DNA of 64,000 nt, taken from the NCBI RefSeq assembly GCF_963921235.1, contig NC_086106.1:18538001-18602000 (forward strand). The letters are read 5' to 3'. Origin of the DNA: Mobula hypostoma (lineage: Eukaryota). Of this stretch, positions 11,796 through 23,435 are shown piece after piece. A program made the translations under genes and the position numbers. Within the stretch, counting starts at the first letter, position 1. Every line of letters starts with the position of its first letter. The notes under the pieces are model-generated. The model saw only the letters and a program-made list of their open reading frames with translations, did not search any database and was not told the DNA's origin.

Positions 11796-13734
11796 CTGTG
11801 GATTAGAAATGGAAATGCTCAGAATCTTACTGGAGATATTTCCATTGGTTGTGTTAGGTCCAGGGCTGAATCATGTGTCTCATAATCCTGTTAGCTTTGA
11901 TTAAGAAGAGAAAATCAGAACAAAAGATGTGCTAACTAAATTTCAAATCCCTTTCTAATAACTGTACCAATCGGTTCACTGTGAGACGGAGCTCTGTGAG
12001 ACAGAGAAGCATGCAGATTTCTCAGCAGAGACACAGCTCAGTGTATTCTTTGCTTGGAGACTCAGTGCCATTGATTAGTAACAGTGAAAACTGTGAATCA
12101 ATGAGAATCCCTTTCTCCATCTGGGCTGAGCCTGGGATTCACTCAGTTTAATAACTTCACATCCCGACATTCCAGTCTCACTGTGGCTGTGCCTCTCCTC
12201 ATCTCTGCAAACTTCACCACCCACACAAACTTCAGACAACATTGTATCCTTTCAACTCTGCTCACTCATACACCTGCACTACTTCTGCTGGTGCCTGTAG
12301 TTTTAGCATTCTTGCTAACAAACACTGAAGCCTCTGTCTCACTTGAAATGAGCAGCCGTGATCAGAGTGTATCCATAAATTAGGGACGGATGAACTGGCA
12401 AAGTGGGTTCTAATCCCGACCCGGTGGATGGGAGTTTAAATTCATTTCATCAATGCTTCTTGGAAGAAAAGAAGACTACAGAGGTATTTGTAGTGTTATT
12501 CTCTGTGGTAATTTCCGGAGAGAAGTCTGGTCTGGTCTGGCTGGTTTGTGACTCCAGACCTGCAGCAACACGGCTGGAGCTGAATCACCATCAGGAATGA
12601 GGCAGCAAGTCCCTCAGTTCCAGAGAGATCAGTGATTGATGGGAAATGATAAATGAATAAAACAGCTCTTTGATCAAGTGTTGGGTCACCTGTCCTTTGG
12701 GTTAGAGTCAGTTTTGTGTGATTGCACTCAAGTGAAGTTGTTGAGGTCGTCTCCCAATGCACAATCGTCAGTTCACTTACATTGCAGCTCTCTGCACTGT
12801 GTTCACCATTTACACACTCGGTCACCTTCAGGCCCGTGGGGTGTTTTTGCTCTTTGAAATTTAGTGTGGAGCTGATTGTGTTTGTGTCATGGCTGAGACC
12901 TTCAGTGAGACTGTGAGTCAGTGTCTTTGTCTGAAGAAAGTAACACACACGGTTCCAGTCTGACTGTGTCGGATCATCCGACAAGGTATGATGTGTATTT
13001 CTTAACCTTTCTCATGTCAGTAAGATTATGAGCAATTTTCTTTTAAAACAGAAAGTCCATTGGTGTGGTCCAGATGATCATTGTTGTCGTGTAATATCAT
13101 AAATATGCAAACCTAGGTGTACACTGAAGAGTCACTGAATTGTGAATCGCAGTTTGATCAGCACTGTGATGTTGTTAAACATGTTTTTTGCAGGTTTCTC
13201 AGTTATGTCCCTTATCAGCACTGTCTTGATGTTCAGCAGTCACTTGGAAATGTTCCCCTTATTGCTGAATGCTGGTGTTATTCCACAAGAAGCATAGAAT
13301 TCTGTCAATGCTTGAGTAATTCTAACAAAATATTCTCCTTTCTAACATTCCTTGCAGTCACTGAATTTCCCTCTTGGACTGAATTCAGTGTCCGGCACGT
13401 GGATCAATGTAACTTTAGCAATTTGTCTGATCCAGGATTTAAACACAAAGCATAACAGATTGGACAGGAGACTGGTTAGACCCCTGTGTCTTGTCTCACC
13501 GATTTGTCTTGTGCCCAACATTATCGAAGGGTCATCCATCCTTTGACAGAGTCAATTTGGAATTTCAGCCCCATTCACCTTCATCACCTCATGCCTCACA
13601 GCCACTGGGTGAAAAACAGGTTCCAGTTCTTGCTGACTGGAGTTAGACAAGAGGGAATCTGGCCAAGGAAACTGGAATTGGGATCTGAGTCACACTGAGG
13701 CAACAATGTACACAAATGAATGAGTGTATGGACA

Positions 13735-14390
13735 ACCAGAAACACAGGAGATTCTACAGATGCTGGAAATCTTGAACAACACACACAAAGTGCTGGAGGA
13801 ACTCGGCAAGTCAGGCAGCATCTATGGATGGAAATAAACAGTCGATATTTTGGGCTGAGAGATTTCACCGGTACTGGAAAGGAAGTGGGCAGAAGCCAGA
13901 ATAAGAAGGTGGGAGGAGTAGAGAGGAATACATTCTGTCAGATGAGAGGTGAGACCAGGTGAGGGGGAAAGTGTGTGGATGGGGGAGGGGGTATGAAGTA
14001 AGAAGCTGGTAGGGGATAAGTGGAAGAGATAAATGGCTGAAATAGAAGGAATCTGAGAGGACAGTGGACCATGGAGGAAAGTGCAGGAGAAGGGGAACCA
14101 AATGGAGATGATGGGCAGGTGAGGAGGAGTGACGGAATGCAGGGGTATCTAGTATGGGGAATAGAACAAAAGGGAGAATAAAGGAGTGTGTGGGGGGGGG
14201 ATTACTGGAAGTTAAGAAATAAGTATTCATGCCATCAGGTTGGCAGATATCTGGATGGGATATGAGCTGTTGCTTCTCCAACCTGACTTCAGCCTCACCA
14301 TGGCAGTAGAGGAGGCCATGGACAGACATGTCAGAATGGGAATGGGAAGTCACACTGAAACAGGTGGCCATGAGGATAATAGAAAGTTGA
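13735..14390 (-). mobile_element. Penelope-like element 3' fragment with terminal repeat
   Basis: LLYCHGEAEVRLEKQQLI...QPDGMN resembles the GIY-YIG domain C-terminus. The adjacent terminal repeat is related to 22517-22758. Confidence 0.7.
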
Positions 14391-14539
14391 ATTGAAATGT
14401 GATTGGAGAGGTTGTCAGTTTGAATCACTTGTTTTCTTCTCTCCTGTTAAACTTCCGTCCCAATGGATACCAGAGGCAGGTCTAGAATCTAGTAAGTGGA
14501 TAGCAATAAAATTCATTGATGAATTGTATACAGAGCCAA

Positions 14540-14670
14540 TCACTTTATTTCACACTTTCCTGCTGAACAATGATACTGTTGGGTAGAACCATCGGAGAAT
14601 GTTGCATTGAGATTACTCTGATAAAAGAACTTTGGCACAGGCTCCAAAAAACAGCTGGGACATTTTCCAC
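14540..14670 (-). CDS. IgW: IgW short-form Cys-rich secretory tail exon (GGKCPSCFLEPVPKFFYQSNLNATFSDGSTQQYHCSAGKCEIK*)
   Basis: Acceptor CATTTCCAG|GT, open in phase 1 from CH2. It matches the characteristic IgW/IgX short tail. AATAAA (14544-14549) overlaps the last codons. Absent from the ORF track. Confidence 0.9.
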
Positions 14671-15354
14671 CTGGAAATGGAAGATTCATAGATTTAAGTG
14701 TTAGATATTTTCACCTCTTCTCCCATGCTTGGAAAAAAGGGAGCCCCACATATTCCCACTCTGTATCCTCTGTATAATCACATCCTATCAGGATGAGGTT
14801 TTGTCAGCCATGATAAATGAATGGGCTCTCTGAACCTGGTCGAGGATCTGAGGACACAAGGTCACAACATTCACTTGAGGATTGGGCATCAATTCAAAAT
14901 TAATCCCGCCACCTACATTTCAGTGAGTGGACAATCGACAGAAGAGTCTCTCAGGAAACACTGGAAATAGACTCTGGAGACTGAAACAAATACAAAATTG
15001 CAGAGATATTTTTTTGAGGAACTAACACTGAGAAGACAGTGAAAAGGGAACAGGGAGATTTTCTCCAGAAGGTAAAACATGGGACGTGAGCTTTGCTCAC
15101 TAAATTATTTCCATTATAACTACAAGCATAGACAACTAAAATTATTGAGACGGAATGGACAGGTGACCTAATCTCACACCTTTCCTGCCCAGTAGATGGG
15201 GTTAAAGCTGCTGGTGATATGAGTTGATTCAAAGTGCAAGAATCATCTGTACATCACTCAACAAGATCGACAGTAGGGACAGGAATTGGGTGGGAGAATC
15301 AGTTAAGTAGTTTAGTACTGTAAGATAATTAATTTTTCTTCAGACATCACTCAC

Positions 15355-15708
15355 CCTCTTGATACGTCATGTTGACCTGACCACTGAAACCGGAAGGTGC
15401 GTGATTCACTTCACAAATATATTTCTGTTTCTTGGTCCATTCCTGCACAGGCACTGTCAAGTAAGCGATTGTTTCAAATCCACCATCAGATCTCGGAGTG
15501 GAAGGGAGAATGATGCCTTTTTGGGCAGATCCAGCTTTTTTCCAGGATACTTTAATGTTGTCAGGAGCGAATCCAGATATCACACAGCCCAGGACAGCAT
15601 TTGCTTGACTGTGGATTGCCTCCCGGGATGGAACAAGGGAGCTGAGCTTCGGAGCTGTAACAGGGGAGTTGCGCTTCGGAGTTGTAACAGGGGGGCTGAG
15701 CGTCGGAG
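15355..15708 (-). CDS. IgW: IgW CH2 exon with an N-terminal 3 x 9-aa repeat; alternative acceptor at 15654
   Basis: APTLSPPVT-TPKRNSPVT-APKLSSLVP-SREAIHSQANAVLGCVISGFAPDNIKVSW...YICEVNH...TYQE. C1-set Cys/Trp/Cys are intact, with phase-1 AG and G|GTGAGT boundaries. Confidence 0.9.
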
Positions 15709-15714
15709 CTGTAA
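15628..15714. repeat. 27-bp tandem triplication spanning the CH2 acceptor
   Basis: GCTGAGCTTCGGAGCTGTAACAGGGGA-like unit in three copies. Confidence 0.9.
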
Positions 15715-16849
15715 TACATTTAATATCTGTCAGTACATGATTGCTTTGCCCATGTTTTTGACTTCAATCTCCCTCATCCCAGGCAAGTTCTCCAATTCCA
15801 GCCCTCTCAAGAATGTTGTTAATTTACAGCTGATCTGATGATCTGATGGCTCACACCAGTGAGTGGGAGGGCTGGGTGTATAACTTGGGCCTCCCAGCAA
15901 TGTGTCCCACTGTGCTATGATAATGCGGAGAGGTGGGTCATGGGGTTGAGGTGCAGACCTGCCATATCTAATTGTTTAATGGAGAATGACTGATACCAGC
16001 TCCAGTGAGCAGGAGTACATGGTATGGTACTATTTCCACTGGCAAGTTTGGGAAACACAATTTTACTTTCAATGAGAAAGAAGAACAGATGGACTAGAGG
16101 AAATTATTTTGTTGTAACTGCAAAGGCTTGTTCAGATCTGTGAGAAGCTGGTTAAAGAAGGGCAGTGGAGTGGATTCCTTCATCACATTCACAAGGGATT
16201 GCTTTTACCAGAAGAGGGGAAGCTGCAGGGTGGAGCGGGAAAGTGCGGAGGAGTGGGGTAAAGTTTAAATTGTTGTTCTGTGTGCAGAGGCACGATGGGC
16301 CAGCGGTCTCTGTATGTGTACAGGAGCTGATCCATAGGGAGGGTTTAGTGGGAGGGGGTGGTGGAGAGGCTCCTGAAATTAGAAAGTGGAGCGGATACAA
16401 TGGAGGCAGATCCTGATACTGAGTTTCACTGCCCATATTGACTTTTATACATTTTCTCACTGCTGTTGTAAGAGCAGAAGAAAGGAGTTAGTTGCCATGC
16501 TCCTGCATTATCTGACAAAGCTTCCTACTCCAGATTTATGCTCTGACATCAGTGCAGCTTTCAATATAAATTAGTCTGATACTAACATTGAGGTTGAGGT
16601 TTCGGCCACTGCGATGTCACACTCCCTGCCTTGCAGGAGTAGACTTTATTCTTCTTCTAGTCCGCCGCAGAGACTCCAAGCAAGCTGCTCATTATGTACT
16701 TAGAATTTTGCCCCAACACCGCCGGGTATTTCTTATTTTTTTTTAGCATGTCATACCAGACATTCAGCCATTCTTGTCTGGCACGTGGTGTCAGGATTAA
16801 CCGGGTCACGTTATGAACGTTCCTGACTCGACCCTTATATATTTCTTAC

Positions 16850-17003
16850 GAGGCCAAGTGGCTATCTCGACACTCAACCGGGCACAGATGGAAAGCGTGC
16901 TCAGGAGTGGGGAAAGCGTGCTAGGGAGTGGCCTGACCAGGATTTGAACTCGGGAACATTCGCTCCAGAATCTGGTGCTGATCTCACTGCGCCACCAGCT
17001 GGC
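16850..17003 (-). mobile_element. tRNA-derived SINE
   Basis: Minus strand GGCCAGCTGGTGGCGCAGTG...GAGTTCAAATCC gives A- and B-box-like motifs. Confidence 0.6.
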
Positions 17004-18629
17004 CTGGAATTTCTTAATTCCAGCGGTGATGTCCCCACTGTTAGTGGACCATGTCTGACTGATGCTCTCAGGCTGATAGTCCTTGACCAGACAGAGGAGG
17101 CTGATGCCTTGGTCAGTTTCTGTGTTGCAGGAAGGAGTGATGTAGACTAATGGTGCGGACTTGACCTCTGAAATGGAAAGAAATTCACAGGCGGTTCTCT
17201 GAATAAATGCATTACTGGCAGAGAAAGGAGACGTTTTATAAAGAAGTAATTTTCAAAATTATTCACCCCATTAAACAAAGCTGATACCACTTTAACACTC
17301 AGCTGTGAGTCTGTGTCGCTGAGGTAGGAGGGTGTGGATCAATCCCACAGTGGCAACTTGGACTCACAATCCAGGCCAACACTTCAGTGCAGGACTGAGG
17401 CAGTGACCCAATGTCCGATTGGTGGGATTTCAGCCAAAATACCAAAGTGACAATCTGTCTCTCCTCCAAATACAATTCCTGATTCGGAAAAGTCTGTTAG
17501 CACTTGATCAATGAAGTTTACAAAAAAAGTAAGATTTAGAAGTAGTAACTTATTGGAATAATTCTGATGTGCACAGTGTTGCTGGTGATGAGAGGAGTGA
17601 TCGGTGTGGATATTGTGGTACCGAGTCTCCAGCACCATGTGTGCAATGTAGTGGAGGTTGGGAAATGGACTCTGCTTCTGAAATTCAGCTCAACAGACTA
17701 CATGATGCAGCTGACACTGCCTCACATATTTACCGTGTGTGACTGAGCAAGAATTCCAACCCCACTGAGTCTGTGGAAACTACTGGCTAACTGGGAGGGA
17801 ATGGTAACTTGCATCAGAAAGGACAGAGGAACTGTGGAAATACATTAGCCCAGACTCTGTGGAGAAGTGTCGGCCAACACAACCGACAGTGACGATGAGA
17901 TTCCTGGGGAGATGGAGAAATCTCAAAGTGTTGTTAGATGTAGGTGATATTCTCACTGAACGACCAGCCCAGAGAGGAAATGCAGGTTGTAGCAACTCCC
18001 AACCACTCAGGGTGTAAAATACACTTGAAAGCACTGGTTCTTAATTCATTTCACAGGAAAAGGAGACGTGTTGACTTACTAAGGTAGGTAAAGGTGCGAA
18101 GATCAATTAACTAATTGACCAATTGACAGCTTTGACAGGTGGATATGTGGTTTGACCAGTTGTCAGAGTTACCTTGAACAGTGTTGTGGACGGGGTTTGT
18201 TCTGACCCACTGACGTGACATCATTCACCTCATGATTGACACTGTCAATGACAGATTGTTGCTGGTGGATGAGGTTAAAATCACCCAAAAAGACTGTGTG
18301 GACACAGCAGGAGCTCTGGGAGTAGGAGACTAGCGGGAGGGTATGTGTCAGACAGTGTGAATTGCAGTAGATGAGGGCTTTGTTGCCCAACAGTAAGATG
18401 GTCAACAGACACACACTGGCTTCAGATCGATTCTGCTATTGGAAGGGCAGCAAATTCAACATTTGGAGTGGAAGTGGAGTGGTGGGAAGGTCACAATTTC
18501 ATTCAGGGGCAAAATAATGAAATATGCACTTCACAGTCATCACTCTGGGACAAAGGGCATAAAATATTAAAATCTGGGTTTCAAATAGAATGAATATAAA
18601 TCAATAACTATCACAAGTAGATAGGAATC

Positions 18630-18802
18630 GATATAATGTAACTGGTCAGTAATGACAGCTGCATTGTTTTGAACCATTTCAAGGTGACACTGGGGACTGT
18701 GAACTCAGAATATTTGCCTTCCTGAGCAAACACAGGTGATTCAGGTTGACAGGACAGGCAGAGCAGAGAAATGGTCCCTTTCTCATTCCTTTCAGACTGA
18801 GC
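18630..18802 (-). pseudogene. Decayed CH1-like relic with internal deletions
   Basis: Translates EKGTISLLCL-SCQPES-PVFAQEGKY-SEFTVPSVTLKWFKT. This resembles the IgW CH1 B-strand Cys motif, the (Y)QPES turn and the PPV...GxY motif, with the C-strand Trp region missing. The acceptor at 18803 is out of phase with J. Confidence 0.5.
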
Positions 18803-20321
18803 CTGAAACAACCAGTGAAATGCTGACATCAGACTCCCCACCGGGGACACAACTTCTGTCAAACAGTGGGACAAGCTGACCTGTGCTGTGGGTGAAGTGT
18901 CACAGGAGAGAAAGCACAGGGCATGGTGCCAACTGGACCATATCCACACAGACCGGGCTGAATGGTGCTGGTTCAAACCTACTAGGACTCTCCCCACACT
19001 CCTACACTGGGAAAGGTGGGACCTCACTGGGTTTCTGGATGCTGGCGGCTTGTGTTGAGGTGTATCAGGGCCTCAGCATTAAATAGCCTCAGACAACACC
19101 CTGCTGGGACTCTGGGTCCAGAACACCCTGATGGGAGGGGTTTGTCTTGTGTTAATGCTGTCATGTAATTTAACAGGTTCAAAATGACTTGGAAACATTA
19201 AAGTTAACGTAAATTCCTGTGGGAACAATTAACTTTGCATATTTTGTTTAAAATAATAAATCTGAAATGCATTAAAACATAATAATCAGACAGAAATCAT
19301 TCCTGGATAAATCCCTTCCCAAGGCCCAGAATCCCCAGTCAGATGAATGGAAAATGTGATCCTTTGTCAGGTCCGGCCTGTGAGGGAAATGTGGAGGTGG
19401 ATTTCCCAGTGTTACCCTGGGAATTCCGGCAGGACCTGGTGCCATGTGGTAGTGTGTGGTCACTGCTCTGGAGGAATCTGTCGCTCAGTAAATCCTGGGT
19501 TACAATGGTCTGTGGAACTGTGAGATTGACTCCAGTGTAAGTGACTGAACACTAGTTGTCTCCTTCAGACTGCCAGGCACAACCAGCACCATTTCACCCA
19601 CAATATCCTCAGCTTCCCAGGTAGACAGTACCTCAGGAAAGGGCTGGTCAGCTGTAGTCTGAGGAGCCTTACTGCTCTTTATCAGTGTCAACCCCTGACA
19701 GCAGGGGAATTGCTGGACCAAAGACCAGGGACCATATGGATGGCCTATAACTAACTAGTGTTTGTCTATTCATCTACTGCATAGTCAGAATTCAGCTGAG
19801 GACTTCTCAGTGGAGGGGAGCTTTAGGAATTGTAGGCTGAAAGTGACCATTCCCTTCCAACATCACCCAAACGGACTAGATTGTCATGTTGTAGTTCAGT
19901 TTGTGGGAACAAGATGCAGACAAGTTGGAGATTTAGTCCCCCAAATGAAGTGATACACTGCAGAAATACTTGCTGGGTTTGGAAAGGCTCTGGGATGTTC
20001 TGGGGTTGTAGAAGTCAATGAAAAATAGATTGTTTTCTTGAAAATAAATTCTGTAAAATAAAACTGGAAACAACATAGTTGCCAGAAATCAGACTGCAGA
20101 GTTTGGTGAAAGGTCACTGATGTGAAACATTAACTCTATTTCTCACCCACAGATGTTCCCTGAGCTGTTCGGTGTTGGCAGTGCAGGAGGCACAATAATG
20201 TCAGTTGGTGAGATTTGCAGCTGAGGATCTTTTACATCCCGGGACCAGCAGGTGGTAAGTACAGTTCTGTCTGGATCAGTGTCCCTCTGGGTCTTTATAA
20301 AAACACCCATCAAACTGACAG

Positions 20322-20493
20322 CAGGGTACTGGGGTGAAGAGGGGAACTGGATCTGGGTGGGTCACAGGGTACTGGGGTGAAGAGGGGAACTGGATCTCGG
20401 TGGGTCACAGGGTGCTGGGGTGAAGAGGGAAACTGGATCTGGGTGTGTCACAGGGTGCTGGGGTGAAGAGGGGAACTGGATCTGGGTGGATCA
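20322..20493. repeat. 43-bp G-rich minisatellite, 4 copies
   Basis: Unit CAGGGTACTGGGGTGAAGAGGGGAACTGGATCTGGGTGGGTCA starts at 20322, 20365, 20408 and 20451. Confidence 0.95.
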
Positions 20494-22577
20494 GCTCAGA
20501 AGAAATTTGCAATGAAATAACACTTGGGAATTTGTATGAAATGATTGCTGATGAATCAGCAGATTGGGGGAGACTCAGTCTGATTTTAGTCTGTATTGTA
20601 CTAAGTGGAGAGAATATCCAGTTTTATTTATTCATCCTTTGGGATCTGGGCTTTGCCGGTAAAGTCTGAATGAATTACGCATCTGAGCTGCTATTCAGAG
20701 GGCATTTGGAGACAAACACATTGATGGATCAGGAGTCATGAATAGGCTCGAAGGGTAAGGATGACAGATCTCCTTCCCTGACAGACAAGAGTAAAACTGA
20801 AGGAGCATCATTATTAATGGCTGGATTTAAAAACGATACCAATTATTAAAATCTTGGAAATCTGACCACAGATTCAAATCTGTTGCAGATTATTATGAAC
20901 TGAGTTTAAATTTGTCAGTTTTGTTGTGGTGGTATCCGTGGACTGTTCATCCATCCCTCTGCACTACTCACCTGCTTTGATGTACTGTCCTGTTTCCCAT
21001 CACTCCAAATCCAACCTTGTGCCTGTCCATTGGATCACTGTGTCCACGGTGTCCTGGACAATATTTCTCCTTCAATAACATCACCAGAACAGACTGTCTG
21101 ATCGTTCTCACCTTGCAGTTTGTGGATTCTGCAGTGTGCAGAGTGGCTCCACATTCCCGACTCTACAACTGGGCTGTACTTTGAAACAACTTCATTGCCT
21201 GTGAAGAGCTCGGGGACACCATGAAAGGTGCTCTGTAAATGTCAGCACTTTATCTCACAACCACTTTTACTGAATCACCAGCAACACTGGTTAACGTAGG
21301 AAAGCACTTGTCAAACAAACCCAGTCGGGGGATGGAGGAGGGCAAGAAATTAGAGCAGTTGCTCTGTCTGTGAACTGAGAATAAGCAGTTCATTTGAACA
21401 GTAAAATTCAACTCGTGTCCCGTGAGTGTGTGATGGGACAGGTTGGGGGAAGCTTCACTCTGTGTCTAATCTCTGCTGCCCCTGCCCTGGGAGGGATGGG
21501 ACATGCAGAAGGATCTTTGTGGCTAATCCGTGGCTGCCAGGACAGGACATGGGAGCTGTGATCTGCATTTAACTCATGCTCTGTGTACTCTGGGGTGCTT
21601 GTTGGAATCCCTTTGAGGAAGAATTTCCCAGATTTACAAGATAAATACTGATTCCATTGAATGACAGAGCAGAGAGTGAGGCCATTCATCCGATATTGTC
21701 TGTACTTCCCTTCAGCTGAGCAAACCCAATAAACCCATTGGTCTCTCTGCTCTTCCCTGTATCCCTACAAAAGGCGGATCTCCTCCTGTTCCCTCTCCAC
21801 ACTCACTATTGGCCACCACCATCATTCAGGCAGTTTGTTCCAGATCAGAAACGTTCATCAACAAACCTTCCATTAAATGCTCCCCTATTACACATTATTG
21901 AATTGAACGCTTCCCTCCCGACCCCACCTGCACCACTCCCCGCTCCTCTACCCAACAATGCAAGGCTGTGTGAAGGAATTGTGATTTCATTTCTCCGCCT
22001 TACCTTTCCTGCACCACTTCCCCACTGCCTTCCCAACTCCAAAATTCTTCCCCACAGCACCCCACCTCCTCACCCATCAGGGAATAAAACTAAAACCTTA
22101 ATCCCATCAATTAATCCTGGGATATCGCCGAGACATTTTTGCTGTATCCCAGGACGGACCTCACGCCGGACATTACATGATGGGACTGACACCCACCTGT
22201 ACCCTGGGGATATTGAGACATCAACCAGATCATACATGTGTACACCATTCCCTCAGATTATGTCTGAATCCCATTACCTTCAACATGAAAGCAGCCGACA
22301 GTAAAACCCAATCCCAATAACATGACACTGAACAGATCCATTGTTGTCACTGACAGGGAACAAGTTCAACTGCACTGAAACGCTCAGCCCCTGAACGTGG
22401 CTTCAATTGGTGCTGAGGATCAGAAACCAGACTCGAACCAAACACTGAGCTCACTCAGCACAATCGGCCGGTGTCAAGGCACAGTCTGGTGACAAGATCC
22501 GACCCCATTCCCCTGAAACATACATCAAAGTTGCTGGTGAACGCAGCAGGCCAAGCAGCATCTATAGGAAGAGGTGC

Positions 22578-22613
22578 AGTCGACGTTTCAGGCCGAGACC
22601 CTTCGTCAGGACT
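22578..22613 (-). ncRNA. Mirror copy of the minimal hammerhead motif, on the IgW sense strand
   Basis: Exact reverse complement of 22624-22659. Confidence 0.7.
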
Positions 22614-22623
22614 AACTGGAGGA

Positions 22624-22659
22624 AGTCCTGACGAAGGGTCTCGGCCTGAAACGTCGACT
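22624..22659 (+). ncRNA. Minimal type-I hammerhead ribozyme motif
   Basis: AGUC-CUGACGA-AGG(GUCUCGG)CCU-GAA-ACGU-C/GACU: core, stem I, stem II and a palindromic stem III, as in Penelope-element dimeric hammerheads. Confidence 0.7.
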
Positions 22660-22979
22660 GCGCCTCTTCCTATAGATGCTGCTTGGCCTGCTGCGTTCAC
22701 CAGCAACTTTGATGTATGTTGCTTGAATTTCCAGCATCTGCAGAATTCCTGTTGTTTACCCATTCCCCTGAGCCTGTTCCCGGTCTGTGGACAGTTCACT
22801 GGTGGGTGGGGTATGTACCCTTGTACTGATACTGGGCTCTAGAGAAACCCGCCGGTTCGGGGAGATTCATGTACTTGCTCTAAATATCTCACTGATTTCA
22901 GGTGAATCGCCGGATTCACCAAAACCGTAAATAAATAAAACACTAGTGCGTGATTATACAATTGAGAAGTTGGTCTTAC

Positions 22980-23027
22980 CCGAAGTCACTGTCAGCGAGG
23001 TTCCTCCGCCCCAGTAGCCAAGATAAT
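22980..23027 (-). CDS. IgW: IgW JH segment (YLGYWGGGTSLTVTS)
   Basis: WGxG motif, LTVTS end, phase-1 donor G|GTAAGA at 22979. Confidence 0.93.
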
Positions 23028-23066
23028 CACAGTGCTCCGTCTCCCCATTCACCCAGTGCAGTAACT
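23028..23066 (+). other. 23-bp-spacer RSS of JH
   Basis: CACAGTG (23028-34), a 23-nt spacer, and a degenerate nonamer GCAGTAACT. Confidence 0.8.
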
Positions 23067-23398
23067 TCACTTGCCCGTCACATCCAATAATCTCAGCAAA
23101 ATGTCAACAAGATCCCTGTCCGGACCGGGAGCAGCCGCTTCCTGGATTTCCATCCCAAACTCCGTCCTTGTCTCTTGTTGACGTGTGAGTAAAGGCATTT
23201 TCACAATTTCCCTGTCTGCGGACACCGGCTCCCGCCATCCCCCAGAATCAGAGTCAAATCCTTTTGGGCTTTGAATTGTCCAGAAATGGGCATTTGCGCC
23301 CAGCAGTCCGAATGAGGCTTCAGGGATTTGACTCTGGGAAGCAGCAATGTGGAATCCACGGAGACAGACTGCGCTGCAGATGCTCCTTCGTCGGGACC

Positions 23399-23426
23399 AG
23401 TTTCTGTTCAGCTCCCCATCACCGTG
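23399..23426 (-). other. 12-bp-spacer recombination signal sequence
   Basis: CACGGTG-ATGGGGAGCTGA-ACAGAAACT on the minus strand. Confidence 0.85.
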
Positions 23427-23435
23427 CTCCCACCC
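23427..23435 (-). other. D-like segment (GGGTGGGAG) fused to the end of VH (germline-joined VD)
   Basis: Nine G-rich bases lie between the CAR codons and a 12-spacer RSS. No 23-RSS follows V. Confidence 0.7.

Larger units (their letters stand above)
22517..22758. mobile_element. Palindromic Penelope-derived non-autonomous insertion with a 13-bp TSD
   Basis: 97-bp inverted arms (22517-22613 and 22624-22720, one mismatch) with a 10-nt loop. Flanked by CCCATTCCCCTGA at 22504-22516 and 22759-22771. Confidence 0.85.

Noticed and set aside
15841-16080. Possible CH1 immediately upstream of CH2
   Set aside because: The frames I translated lack Ig Cys/Trp spacing and hit stops.
20322-20493. CRISPR-like array
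   Set aside because: Head-to-tail units without unique spacers, in a vertebrate intron.
22455-22842. Two overlapping antisense ORFs with the same peptide
   Set aside because: An artefact of the DNA palindrome.
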